Origin: Antedon mediterranea
Lineage: Eukaryota > Animalia > Echinodermata
Direction: 5' to 3'
Length of the DNA stretch: 64,000 nt
Assembly: GCF_964355755.1 (NCBI RefSeq)
Contig: NC_092679.1
Coordinates: forward strand, 12,569,432 to 12,633,431
Made by a program: the position numbers and the translations under genes. Positions 1 to 14,300 of the stretch are shown piece by piece; within the stretch, counting starts at the first letter, position 1; the number at the start of each line of letters is the position of its first letter. The notes below the pieces were generated by a model. It searched no databases, was not told the DNA's origin, and was given only the letters and a program-made list of their open reading frames with translations.

Positions 1-482
1 CAAACAGACACAACACGAACTCAAAACAAAAAGTGTCTACATGATTTTTACGGCTCTAATAGCTCCTGGAAAGAAACAATTTGTAAATCGTGCTTTATTG
101 GCCTTAATAGAACGAAATTGCAGACCGCTGCGCATCAACTGGAATATACTATTTTTTGAATCCCCAGTATAAGTTTTAGTTTACTGTATAAAACCTACTT
201 GAAGAATATTTCATTACTCTTTTAGAAATAGAAAATGAAATAAAAAAAGCAAAAACTCGGTTGTTGAAGTAGTCAATTTTCACATTAAAAAATACAATAA
301 AAGTTTAGATTGCAAGAGAGAATAGCATTTAAGGGCTTTATGAAATGTTTTTTTTTTGAGATTCTGGTTTCAAAATGGCTGAATTTATTTTCTGTATTGA
401 CATTATTTTATTAACTATGATACCACACATTAATTAATAGTTAAATAACTTTATCTATCTTTTTTTTTATTCCACGCTGCAG

Positions 483-497
483 TTGAAACAGTATCAA
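483..497 (+). CDS. candidate 15-nt neurexin microexon (SS1-equivalent), x-E-T-V-S
   Basis: Poly-T tract + tccacgcTGCAG | TTGAAACAGTATCAA | GTAAGT. Length divisible by 3 and open in phase 1, the phase of the next exon. Confidence 0.7.
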
Positions 498-1597
498 GTA
501 AGTATGGCATTTCAATATTTTTTTTACTGATATTTTGTTATCTATATTATCTTTCGTCAAATGTTACAAGATAATGATGATGAATAAGCATAGATAGTAA
601 AGAGAATGAAGGTAATTGCAAGCAGATATTATAAAGAATGACTGACGAGACAAAAATGAAAAGACTAAATGTAATCATATTGTATGGTTTCTTACAAAGG
701 ATTTAAAAAAAGTAATTATTTTATTATAAATATGCATGGTAATAAAAATAATTTGTTTACGTTATGACTTGTTCTAAGGTGTAGATGAAAGAAATTAGTT
801 TTCATAAAGGTAATTCTTCTGAGTCGTTCTGATACAGTAGAACCCCTTTTAATGGAAAGACCTATTATAGTAAATTATAGTTTAAACCATTATCCCTTGG
901 CCGTAGTGTTAAAGCATATTTTCCCAGGAGTTTTATGGGAAAGTGTCCCCTTATTAGAAATATCTCCTGTGTCTTTATTTATCTAAAAAAAATCATGATA
1001 TACTCATAACATGTAAATGTAAACTATGTAATATCATAATACTAAAAGTTATCAACTAATCTATGTCTTATCCTTTAAGTCCTTTAATTTCCTTTGGTTG
1101 ATACATAGAGACCATTAGACACCTGAATATCTTGCTGTACATGTTGTTTATGATAACATCGAATATCTAGCTAGTTCACTATCGTCATAATGAAATTAAT
1201 CAAATACTGCGAATGAAAATTGAACTTTTTGTAACTACAATATATCAAACCCTAGTAAACCTTAGATAAAGTGTAGTTCATATTGTTTGGTAGTTCTGTA
1301 TTCAAGAAAAAAAAATTTCAATTCCGAAGTTAACTGCTTGTGTAGTTTGATGAAGATAGTTTAGAACTGTATCTTTTAAAGACGATTACACCATCTCATA
1401 CAAATATTAAAGAATTAAGACTAAATTATTTTGATTGCATACCCAATATTAAACAATGTTTAAAATTGTTAAATTATATTCATAAATTATTTGCAAAGAA
1501 TTTTTAAAAAATATATTTATTCAGTTATTTGAAAGTTAATATTACAATTGTTTTATTGTTAAGTTGATACTCCTGATTAAAATGATGAACCACAATT

Positions 1598-1931
1598 TTA
1601 TTTATTTATTTATTTGACTTCTCACTAACTCAGTTAGTGAAGGATCTGAACCAACAGGTGGTAAACACCTCTAAAACGGTCCAGTCCCAATTTGCACAGT
1701 GGCTGTGTGTGACAGTGGCTGTGTTTGTGTGTACTAGTACACTGGGGTAACCCCCTACTCATCTCGAAAGATGTACTAGGTTCTTTAAAGTGTGCATGAG
1801 CTATGTGTACACTGGACCTATGGTTTATAGTCCTTATCCGAGAAGACTCGTTCTACCATCAGAACCATGGAGCGAGTGAGCCTCGAACCCTTGCCGATGT
1901 TATGGATACGTAATTACGGTTCCACTCACTC
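1598..1931 (-). mobile_element. tRNA-derived SINE with Deu/Nin-like central domain
   Basis: B-box GGTTCGAG, TCTCGGATAAGGACTATAAACC...TTAAAGAACC...GAGTAGGGG core, (AAAT)n tail; second copy at 58476-58669. Confidence 0.7.
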
Positions 1932-2012
1932 ACAATGATTGGCAAGTTGGGTATAGAAGGATAAGTAAATGTTAAAAAATAGTGCCATTTTAAACTACTA
2001 TAGTGGTAGTTG

Positions 2013-2516
2013 AGGCCTTGTCTTGCTGTTCCACTGTGGCAGGCTTGTCTTGCTGTTCCACTGCGGCAGGCCTTGTCTTGCTGTTCCACTGCGGCAGGCC
2101 TTGTCTTGCTGTTCCACTGCGGCAGGCCTTGTCTTGCTGTTCCACTGCGGCAGGCCTTGTCTTGCTGTTCCACTGCGGCAGGCCTTGTCCTGCTGTTCCA
2201 CTGCGGCAGGCCTTGTCCTGCTGTTCCACTGCGGCAGGCCTTGTCTTGCTGTTCCACTGCGGCAGGCCTTGTCTTGCTGTTCCACTGCGGCAGGCCTTGT
2301 CTTGCTGTTCCACTGCGGCAAGCCTTGTCTTGCTGTTCCACTGCGGCAGGCCTTGTCTTGCTGTTCCACTGCGGCAGGCCTTGTCTTGCTGTTCCACTGC
2401 GGCAGGCCTTGTCTTGCTGTTCCACTGCGGCAGGCCTTGTCTTGCTGTTCCACTGCGGCAGGCCTTGTCTTGCTGTTCCACTGTGGCAGGCCTTGTCTTG
2501 CTGTTCCACTGTGGCA
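2013..2516. repeat. 28-bp GC-rich minisatellite, ~18 copies
   Basis: Unit AGGCCTTGTCTTGCTGTTCCACTGCGGC, nearly invariant. Confidence 0.97.
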
Positions 2517-5500
2517 AAAACCTAATATTTAAATTATAAATACAGCAGACATAAATAAATAGTGGGAAATTATTTTATTATGATTTTATACCCAATTTGA
2601 TTGAAGATGTCTGTAATTTCTTTGTACAAGTGTAAAATATTATTTGTAAACGATTCAAGGTGGAAAGAAAGTTACATACTTATTAATTTTGATGCCATTA
2701 TCAGCGTAGTCAAAATGAATTCACATATATCACATTAGAGAAAGATTTTAGCGCATAAAATATGGATAATTGTAATTGTAAGATAGAATACATATACAAT
2801 AATAACATTACATTATATAGTATTTGGAATATCATTTTGATATCTTTCTGAATTTCTTTTGTTTCTTTATGTTTCTTTAAAAGAGGATATAAATTGTGTT
2901 GTGATCAGCGGTGTGTGGCAGGTTGCCAATCTCAATTTCAGATTGATGCTGATGTAGACTAGTTATCGATCGTTTCATATGTTATGTAGGTCGCACGAAG
3001 ACAATTCATTCAAATGTTTACATGTAATAGTGGTATAGAAGGGATTGCTAGCAAAGTTTAACTTGCCACTAGCGTTCATGAGCCTTATACTAGGATTTTT
3101 GGAAGCAGAGGTTGAGTTTGCAATTAAGATTTCACTGCTGTCACCTAACAAATCCATAAAAAAAACTGATTTGAAAGCTGCTACTGATTTCTCTATAGTT
3201 CATGTAAATTTAGGCTACCTCTGTATTTTAATTTAACTGTTGTCATAATAATATTTTGTAGTAGAAGGAACCTTTGACATGACATACAGTATACAACAAG
3301 AAATATTTCTTACAAAAAACGCTGCTTGACATTTTAACATTAATCATTTTCTTTTGATTAATTTATGATTAATTATTAAAAAGATGTCCTTTAATTGCAA
3401 AGATACATACAAATCACAGATAGTTATTTAATTATGAATCACATGCCCATTTTTTTACTAGTTAATTGTATACACAGCATTTGAAAGAAGACATGTGTAC
3501 CTTTCCAACAATGTATTATTTGCCAACAAATATTAATCTACAAATTAAAAAATGGCATTTTAAAATGGTCAATTTTGAAATTTAATGTGCTGTAGCCTGT
3601 TTGTGTGTGACCTCAGCCTGAACTGTAGGCATGCAACTGAATACCCTCTAGAGACAAGGTGACTTCAGGATAGTACAAGTGAAAATTCTTCCACAATCAA
3701 CCAATCAAAGGGCAAGAATCCAAAATCGTTTAACCATGAGCCCTCATAGACTTTTCCCCCCAGAGGTTTTTTGGGTCCAGCTGGGACCTATAAATTATAG
3801 TTGAGTTTGGAAATTCGCACCAACTGTCGGCCTTAGATACTAAAACTACCGCTATGAAACAGCTTATTAATGAATATGTCCTCATAGGACATAGCTGGCT
3901 AAAGCCATGGCGCGAAAAAATAAGTAAACATTTCCCGTAATACATTATGAAAATATAATAAGAAGTTGTTGGAATTAGGACCCGTTTTTACTGAGCATTA
4001 AGAATACAGATTTCAATAGTGTATTTTCTTGCCAATAAAAACTGGTCCATAAACAGAATTTTGAATAAGGTTTTAAAAATCCCAATTGATTCCAACAAAA
4101 ATGGAATCACAGTTTCAATCATTAAATGGTACAAACATTTAACTACTTTCAAACAAAACCAATATAAAAAACCAATTAAAAATTGTTATCTTTATTATAA
4201 AAAGAACTTCAAAGAACTATTATATAGTTGTTTTGTAGTTTTTCAGTAGAAATAGGCAGGCACTAAATGAATCCTACAGCTGACACTGATTCGGTGGTTG
4301 CGTAGGAGGTAATGGGGCACTGGACATTTGAGAGAAACAAAAACTAGATTCTAACAGGCCTATTATACAGTGATTTTGAAAATAGTATTGGCACTAATAA
4401 TTCCTAGTCAATTTTGTTAAGCCATACATAAGATTCTACTTTACAAATTTAATCTCTTTAGATTTTCTTTATTCATTATTTTTTATCGATTTTATATTTC
4501 TTGGTGACAACTGACAGATAGACTGTTTCTTTTGAATGATACAATAGGACTATGAATATCAAATTCATTTATTTAAAATTCTATTCATTTTTTATTGATT
4601 TTTTATCTTTGTCCATTTTTTTTATCTAGGTAATCTTAAAATTTCTTGTAGCAATGTATTTATTTTGTCTGGTTTTAATCTGGTTTGGAATAAAATCATT
4701 TTGTGAATTGTCACTTTTGGTTTAAGTGATGCATTCTCTGAACCAGTTCAGTAGGCATACTATTAATTCCGAAAATCTTTTTTGATTTGTTTAAGATAAA
4801 TAGATTGATCCATTGTCATCTTTAATTTGTATAAAATAAAATATTTGTAAACTGTGGTAGCAATCAACGTATACCCAGTTCTTAGTGTCTGGTGCCATTG
4901 GCATCTGAAAAAGAGTATACAGTACGTATTTAATCATAGGCCATCTTTTCTGTTTTTTATTTTTAGATTTAAGTGACATTGTCAGAATGAATCCCTTTCT
5001 ATAAGAGATGTGCGATAGTAATACAATAGAGATATATTAAGGGGACAATATTGATACCCAACAAAGTGGTCCCTAAATAGTGGTGACCACTCAACAGTGG
5101 TTAATCATAGACATGTTGCCCCTGGAAATTTTCCCCAGTGGCGTAATGTAGGAGAAACGGCCCCTGGTTTACAAGCATTGCTAAGGGGCCTGCCAACGCT
5201 AGTTGCAATGGGCTGCTCATGCTCTGAGACCCCTTAAGGTTTAGCCAGTGAGCTGTCCTTTGAACAGAGCTTAACCAAAGGATGGGTTCTACGATATATA
5301 TAACAATTATAAAAGACACTGGCTTATTAGTCTCCTGCCAAATCACCTCTGAACTGAAATTTAGTGGTAAGCATATGAAACAAGGTTTGCTATTACATCT
5401 GCTTTTTTCAAAACAAAGATCAAAGTTATTGTTGCCTCTGTTCTGTAATGACTGAGATCCCTGTCAAATAGGAAATTACTGTTGTGTAACTTTTGTGTAT

Positions 5501-8500
5501 AATGGCGTCCAACCTACTGACACAGATTCTCTTCTTACCTAAATATTGCCACAATTTCTGTGTGAAAATGGAAGTAATGTTTATGTTGATTCTTATCTTG
5601 GATAAAAAGACTGCCATTTTAGCGTAATTTGGTGTTATAATGGTAATTACACATTTTTACTTCAAAATCAATAAGTTATCTTTAATTAATTAAATAATGT
5701 AGATCTTCAATAATGTTTGTAAGCCCAACTCATCATTTAGGTATTAAAATTCATAAGACATCATCTTAAAAAGAGAAAAAAACACGATTTAATTTATTAG
5801 GTATTTTTAAATATTGATTTTGTATATTGTCTACATTAGAAAACGTCCATATGCATATACTGCGAAAATGAACACGGCAGAGACGCCATAGTAAATAATG
5901 TTTTATTGATTTTGGCTGCGAGCATGTTATTTCTTTCTAAAATTGGCACCAGTTTTAACAACTATTGTTGGTTTTACATAGTAAAAGACAATAGCTTGGA
6001 AACAATGCTATCCCAGGTCAGGAAATTACCAAAATTGATTGCTATAGCATTTGGTAAATGAATCAAAAATTAAATTGCTTTTTTTGGCCTTTAGCCTTTG
6101 ACAGATAGTTGTAATATTCTTTTGTAGAATGATATGCTTAAGTAGATAGCTTATTGTTATATTATCTGCTTGATTAATCTTGGTTCTTAGGAAGAAAAAC
6201 TTGTTATTACTATGATACAAAAGAAATCTTTTCATTCAGGATTTGTTTTCACAAAAAATAGCCACTTTTAAGAAGGGTAGTAAATGAATTTGTTTATGGT
6301 AATCAACAATAAATAATAGTATTTTATTTTTATTAATTATGTATTTAATTTGTAGTGTCCAATCAAAAAGCTGTATAAAATTGTATTGAATAATATTATA
6401 TATATATCATTTAGAATGAGTATAAATATAATAATTAAGTTAATTTATTCACAAAATCATTGGACTTAAAAATGTGTACTGTTTGTTCATTTGAAAAAAA
6501 AATTCTGTAATGTACTATGATATTAGAGTATCATTTAATCTAACAGCCAGACATAATTTATCTAACATTACATGCAGGAGATCAGAAACAAAGTAAAATG
6601 ATGAGCCAAATGACACTTTCCTTCACATGTATAGCTACTTGTTATTGTAGACCTACTGGGTTATAGGAAAGAAATACACCAATTTTCCCATTGTCTCAAA
6701 TACTGTAGCAATACTTTCTAATGAAAGCCTGCCAGAAATACATTTCTTCTTTTACTTTAATTACTTTCTGCATTATGTCATACTAAAAATGTATATTCTA
6801 ATTGATAATGTAATGTGGTTCTTAGAAAATGCCTTTTAGTGTTTCGAGACAATAATTAATACTTGCCAGCAATTTGTATTTAGGAGTATGTTACTGAATA
6901 TAATATCAAATTTACATTATAATAATTATTCTTTTTTTTTTGGATTGGTTTAATCAAATCATAATTTTGCTTTATTACAATTAAGATAAACTAACTTCTC
7001 AAAGTCACATAGCTATATAATTTTAAGTACTTACTGAAATTAAGGCTATGAAATAAAATTGTTATTTTCCAAAAATGTGTGGCCTTTGGAAATTAGTACC
7101 AATAGTAGGAGGATAAAGGAATATGACTGTAATATTTGTTTTCAATAGTTTTTGACTTTTGGAATTGTTGGCTTCCCGTACCCATGCATTTTAGATGGAA
7201 AAGGTATATCTACTGTACCTTATTTATTTTAGATGTTTTTTTCGTGAAACGATTATTTGATAGCATTATAGTAAAAGTATAGACATTCTTTAGTTTTTAT
7301 AATTTATATTGTAAACTGGATCCAACATTCAATGATGTGTGCCACCAATATAAAGGTGATTCCTTTGAATAAATAAAAATCTGTGAGAACTATCACTGTA
7401 AAATAACAGCACTCAAATGTGGACACTGGAATGTTGAATTAACTTCATAATTAACTGTCAATTGTTTATTTTGCTTAAACAAGCATTCTCTCCATTATCT
7501 ATTGTGTTATGAAAATTGGCATTTGTTTAGATTGACAGAACTGAAGTTTATATAAAGCTTATGCTGAAATCCAAATATAATTTGCATCGTTAAGTTGGAT
7601 GGTAATTAACAGCATAAATAATTATATGCAATTTTGTTTTAATTGCTCTTTTGGGATTAGTAAGTTCAAGACCTTTAAGATCTGACTTTTCTGTCCTTGG
7701 ATAAGATTCCTCATCCATTAGATTGGATGTTAAGTGGTGCACAAAAAGTACATTTTTAAACAGTAAGGTTTTGTCTCATGGTGTGTTATCTGTAAATGAG
7801 GTTGGCCTATAGAGGGCCCAATCCAAATTAAATACTCAAAATTATTATTTATGGTTTTAAACGCTTAAATGGATTCAAGGCATCTGATTGGTTTAAAGTT
7901 GGGCAGTAGGAAAGCTGTAATCTTAAGGGTCCGTGTCATTTAACTTAATTTTAATTGCTTCGACTGTGGCTCATGTATCACTCTCTCAGTCCTGATTGAA
8001 TAATTTAGACCATGTGACATTTGATAATACTTTATAAAACCTAAATTCCTTGAGCATCTTGGTTTAAAAAAATAATTATTGACCTCTTCTATGTTTAGCT
8101 CAAACATATACTGTACATTGTGCAAGTTAAGACGTTGATTACAATAGCAATATTGACAATTGAATATTGAAATTTATCAACGCAGAGTGTCACTTACCGA
8201 TCATTTGTCAGTTAGTGTCAATTTTCATTAATTAATGAGCCAACTGTTAATTAACACTGCATATTTGATTTGTAGCACGTAAAATCGAAGAATTTATGTT
8301 TGCTGAGATATTGAGTTAGATCATTGGTATATTTATACTGTCGTATGGCATTCTTAGTTTAAATATTTAATGGAAACAGGGGTGTTGCAATTTCTCGTTT
8401 TAATCATCATTAATTTCACTCATAGAATACAATTTCATTAGTGGTTTTTATAGTATATAACACTTCTTCTGTATAATTGAGGGATTATTTTTTAATTGTT

Positions 8501-9940
8501 GGTAATAAACTCACTCCAACCACTTTAACATGCACTTGTGTTAAGAGGAAAACAAATTAAATGGGATGTCCTAAATATTTTGTTGTTGAATATATGCTAT
8601 TTTAAATGGACAATACATCTTTAAGATTATTACTCCAAAATTGAGGATCAGCTACCCACAACAGTAGTTGATATGTACTTAATATTTCTATTTTACATTC
8701 TGATGCAGAAATAAATTAGTTGGAATATTAAATTAGGTATCACACTGGGACAATAATGACAGCTATTTCTGTTTGATTTCATGTGTGAATATTAATAATA
8801 GATTATTCCTAGTATATTTCAAGCCAACTGTACATGTCAGAAAGATAACACTAAATGCTAAACTAAGAAAAGTGAACTTTCATATCATAACTGTTTTGTA
8901 ATGTTTTATAACATTACATTTTCAAAAATTCATAGCCGATTAGCATAAATCAATAGATATATAGGTCGTCGGGTAGTCGTGTATGCCTGTAGGGTAGAGG
9001 AAAAATCTATATTTCCCGTAAATTTCTTCTCGAGTTTGAAATAAAGGCTTGCATATCAAAATGATTTTGAAAAGAAATTAATCATCATTTCATATCGTGT
9101 AATGAATATGTAAATGGGAAATAGAGATTGATTTGTATATAATAGGTATATAATATTTGTTGATACAATGCTGATGCCGTGGTTTTATATCATATTTCAA
9201 TATTAATCAATGATAATCAATATATTTGAAAGAATTGGTATTTGATATGTGAATGATTTTTAAAATAGTGTAAATTATTGTACTTCATTTGATTAAAATT
9301 TCTTGAGTACATAATTATAATTAATAGATATTTTCATCAAACTTCAACTCAATTGTTGAACATTTATTTAGAGAATAATGACATAAAAAACATGATTACA
9401 AAGTATAAATGTGGATATAAAACATTAATACCATGAACCCTAGTTAGCAGTAAGTACTTGTCTTGCTAAGGACCAGAGCAAAGATTAAAAAACCATTAAC
9501 CTAAAACTTGATAAAATTAATAAACATTGATAATAAAAATGACTAATTTTAAACGTTTATGGCTTAATAAATAATGGAATCAGTATCTTCCAACAGAAGT
9601 TAAATAGGGTTCTTATTACAGTAATAGGACTACGGTAAGGAAAATAATAACTAGGCTATGTGTATTGTATTATTGACATTTTAAAGTACACCCACCCACT
9701 CACTGGATTTGGTAATCATTTCATTATTTTTATTCATCCGAAGAGAAAATAAAAAGATATCATTAAAAATATAGAATAAAATACATTAAAACAAAGCTAA
9801 GCTTGTACATGGCTGATGACCTAAAAAACTTACTAAACAACCATTAAACAAGACTATAAATCTAGTTAAAAAATGCATATTATTATAACACAGTTATAGT
9901 CAGCTATAATCACACCAGATACTGATATATATATATATAT

Positions 9941-10096
9941 GAAGGGCTAGTGTTGGCCGAAAGTGTGCTAACTTTTCTGGCTGTTTACTTTATCGTTTTG
10001 ATTTAGCTTTTCGCTTTTTTTTTTGTATCTCCATTGAGATCCAGCCACTGATACCCACAGCATTGTCATTTTTTTCAGTAATTTGCCTTTGGATTT
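9941..10096 (+). repeat. family A repeat (hammerhead-bearing pLTR-like), TA-flanked
   Basis: Near-identical to 39584-39737 and to the two arms at 51739-52020. Confidence 0.85.
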
Positions 10097-11104
10097 ATAT
10101 ATATATATATATAAACACAAGAGGCAAAGAACATTAATTCTAAACCGCCCGGTGATATACTGAAATTTAATTAATTAATTTGAAACGATAAAGAAATCCA
10201 AAGGCAAATTACTGAAAAAATATATATATATATAGGGTACATTCAGACTCATTGATTAATGGATGAGATCTATTTGATTTGAATTATTTTTGATTTATCA
10301 GTCATTTTCATGTGTGATAAACTAAACATACCCATGTCCTTGCTATTCTGTATATGAATTTGCCACACATTTTGAAAACAGTTTAGATCATTGGTTCCAA
10401 GTAAGATTAGTCTGGTCATACGAAGAAAGTAACTACCAATATGTAGACTTGTTGTTGCAGACAGATATTAATGTGTTTTCAAATACATAAACAGTACACG
10501 TTTCGTAAAGAACAAGATACAATGTTCATTGTTTACTATGATAATATTTTTTAATAATCTGTTATGGTTTGTATTGTGATTTTGTATCTGTACAGTTTAT
10601 CAAGGTAATGCATTTATCGAATCCTTGAAAGATTCTATGTAGGATAGCCCAAAGGTTTAATATTTTTGTTGTAATATAAAAACATGTCATGCAGCACTTT
10701 AAGTACTGTAGCATGACTATGAAATTTAAATTTTAGAAATTTTGTGGTATTTTTAAGAATCTTTAATTTTAAACGTGACATTGGTTGTGATAGCGATAAT
10801 AAACAGTATGAATATTATTATTTAATTTTTTTCTGTCCATTCAACATGACCTATGAGGGAAAAAACAAGGGGTGGGACTAGCAGATGTTCCTGCACAAAA
10901 CTTCCATGATGACTTCCAAGGGCACTTGAGAAAATAGGAGGGTTTGTTTGAACTGATTGGCTGCTGGCGTGGCGTAAAACCTATTATGATTTTGTTTTTT
11001 TTCCCAAAAAACTTACTGTTGCACAACAAAACATTAAACAAACAAAAAATAAATAAATTTACGTTGGTATGATTAGAGCATCACTGTTGTCTATGAATCA
11101 TATA

Positions 11105-11373
11105 TAATACTAATAAAAGTGTCATTCTTATATAGCACTTCATGCACAAACCCTCGCATTATTACCCTGGTCATTTTTGGATAAAAAGCATGAATTGAAA
11201 CAAACTCCCATAATTTTGCAGCTAGTAATCAGTGCAGTTGTGTTTTGACAGGTACCCATTTGAGACAAACATAGTGTCTTGCCTAAGGATACAAGCAATG
11301 CAACGAGCGTTGTACTTGAACCCTTTATCTCGCGATTAGTATTCCAATGTCCAACTCACTGCACCACACGCCC
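11105..11373 (-). mobile_element. decayed copy of the CORE-like SINE
   Basis: Shares cattcttatatagc, gcagctagtaatcag and ggtacccattt with 28757-29062. Confidence 0.65.
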
Positions 11374-14300
11374 TTACATAAAAACCATGGTTCCATCAAG
11401 GATGTGGTTATTATGTGATATACTGCACTGTACCTAAGATATCTATGACACTGCCCATAGAGTATGTTTACTGCATAAGGCTATTATTAATGAATTAGAT
11501 TATGAAGAATTTAATGTGATCAATAAAATAGATTAGTGAGCAAAAAGGTCAAATCGTTGGCAGGCCATAATATACATATCTATATGTGCGACATATACTG
11601 GTGCCTTCCGCTCATAAAGCTGTATTGAAGAATACATTTCACACTTATGTGCAGTTGTATGCTACTAGCACACACAAGGGAGCACTATATGAAAAAGAAA
11701 ATCCATATGTAAAGAGCAGGCCGAATTTAAATCTAAGACTATAGCACATTGTCTTAGTATGTTTTTGCAATATGTTGTACATTATACAGAAAAACTAATT
11801 CCGACAAAAAAAAGATAATTAAACCGTTTTCTAAGTAATACATATTTAACCAGAAAACCACTTGGCTTTATTTATATTTAGGTATATAAAACATCTTAAA
11901 GTCATCATTTTTGAATTATTTATCTGCAATATTATAAATGCAGAATATAATTACAACCAAAAACAACAAAAATACACGTAATATATAAAATACATATTTA
12001 GAAAAGAAACCACTTACTGTAGCTTTAAAATTAGGTATATGAAACATCTTAAAGTGTATCAAGCATAAGTATTGTTTTTGTATTTAGTGATAATTTAATA
12101 ATAATAATAACATTTAATAATTCCCTACAATTTTTGCTTTTGTAAAAATAATGCATATATTACTTTAATAATCAAGTCATTCCATATCTTAAATGTACGT
12201 TTTATGGTAAATTATGATAAAAATAGAGAAACAATGCACTACGTAATTAGGTCACGTCTAATTTCCTTTTGTGAACAGTCTTTTTTTATTTCTAGCCTAG
12301 CTAGCTAGGTTTGTAGGCCTACCGGCAGCAACATCCAAACATCATTATGCTACATTTTTAATGCTAGATTTTGAAAAAATGGCAAAAATTCTCCAAAATA
12401 ATAAAATTTGCAAAAATATATATTTAAAGCGTATCACTTGATGAACCAAATACACAACCTAAATCATATTAATTATACACATGCATAATTACAAAACAAA
12501 AAATAAAGGTCAAACTCGCTCTGTTCACATTTATTTTAGTCATAGTTTAAATAACATGGGCTTTAAAACAAAGAACCAATATAATATTTTGTTACTTAAT
12601 ACATTATGCAAAAAAAAAGAAGAAAATCGACCCAAATAATATGTAAAAAAAATGCAATTTCAGTGATGCACAAAAAACTAGTGAACTACATCTGTCTATA
12701 ATGTAAATCATTATCATTAATGTAATGTTATTGCTGCAATTAAGTTGTATATCATCTCTAATGATATTCTCTAGATAACTTTATGATCTAATATAATATA
12801 CTACAGCTATGGAATATGAAACCGTATTAATTCGGCTAGGCTCAATAACTACAAATGTGTGTGTTGCATATTTTTTCCATTTGTAAAATGATATAATGAT
12901 TCTATGTTAACATTAGGACTTTCTATTTGATTAAAATCTAGAAAAGTATTTAAAGTTTCCAAATATATTTATGCTATATATGTATTATATCATTTGTGTA
13001 ACTCAATAATGAAGAAATGTTGAAGTCATTACATTTATTCTAGAAATGTATTACTTGATTCAAAAAGAGATACGATAACCACGAAATAATAATTTATATA
13101 AAAGGATGAATAAATAACACTAATATTAAAAATGAATAATAGTAATAATAACATGTTAAAGATGTATTATCCCCTGAAAAATTATTTTTACATTTTGTTT
13201 GTTAAATATGCCATTTTAATGTCACATAATAATGCCACTTTGACCAAAAATTGGATCTAAACTAAATTTATTTACCTGAAAAAACTGTAATTTAAAGTAA
13301 AAAATGGTAAAATTGTGACCTTTGACCTTACAACACTCCAACAATTTTATTACAGGGTTATATTCTCTTTCTAAATATTTAGTATTTTATAGCATAGCAT
13401 ATTGCATTTGTGACCCTTTGACCCTAGACTTTCGACACTCCATGAATTTTACTGTTGACAAAGTTTAATTAAAATCAGCCTAGAATAAACATTTCCTCTT
13501 TATAATTATTTAGTACAGTGCCAAATTATTGTTACCTTTGACATACCAACTTTCCACTCCATCCTAAATGTTCATACGAATACATTTTTTAAATTTTAAT
13601 TTATAAATACCGGGAATAAGAAACGCCTTTAGCTGCTACAGTATCTTTCTCAACCTGCAACTTGACATATCTGATAGATATAAAAATCTGTGTTTCAAGA
13701 TTTCTGAAAAGTTAAATCAGGTCAGATTTCAATACATAGAACCATTAGTAGTTAAATTATATTTGAATTGACATTAAGATAAATCTAGTGCTGTCGTGCT
13801 AGTAGGTAATAAAGCATTTAGGATATTGGCTAAAAGATCTAATTTCTACATTTCTTATTGATACTGCTGGCATTTTTCATTGAAATCAATTCTTAGAATA
13901 TTTTACAAGAAAACACAATGTTCAAGCAGTCAACTTTTGTGGGAGTTCAATATTGGTCTTTACGTTAATGACTGACAATGCATTACTTGATATTTATGAT
14001 TTGTTCTTTTTAAACTTAAATACATTTTTCATACAAATGTACTGATTTCCAAATTCTTTCTGTGACTTTTGATCTGCATTTTGTAACTACTCTATTCGTA
14101 TAATTGTATTACTGTTGTGAAGTACCTTTGCATCATGGAGTTACTTAATGGTGAGATGTTTTTCTCTACTCTGACAATTGTATGCATTCTCAGTGGTAAA
14201 GAGGTATGAATACAAGCTAGTAATCTGGAGGTTGAGGGTTTGAGTCGAGTTCATTCATTTTTTTGTGTTTTCAAATATACTTTCAGAGTAGGGCAAATAT

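Noticed and set aside
833-970. CAGTAGAACCCC...GTCCCCTTA Tc1/mariner-like MITE relics (also near 16365 and 33100)
   Set aside because: Too decayed to delimit.
1859-2539. Six overlapping 150-216 aa ORFs; superficially CRISPR-like array
   Set aside because: Artefact of a stop-free 28-bp minisatellite; no spacers and no cas genes.
9444-9449. 6-nt TAG|TTAGCA|GTAAGT microexon
   Set aside because: No pyrimidine tract or UGC; the donor overlaps SINE-like sequence.
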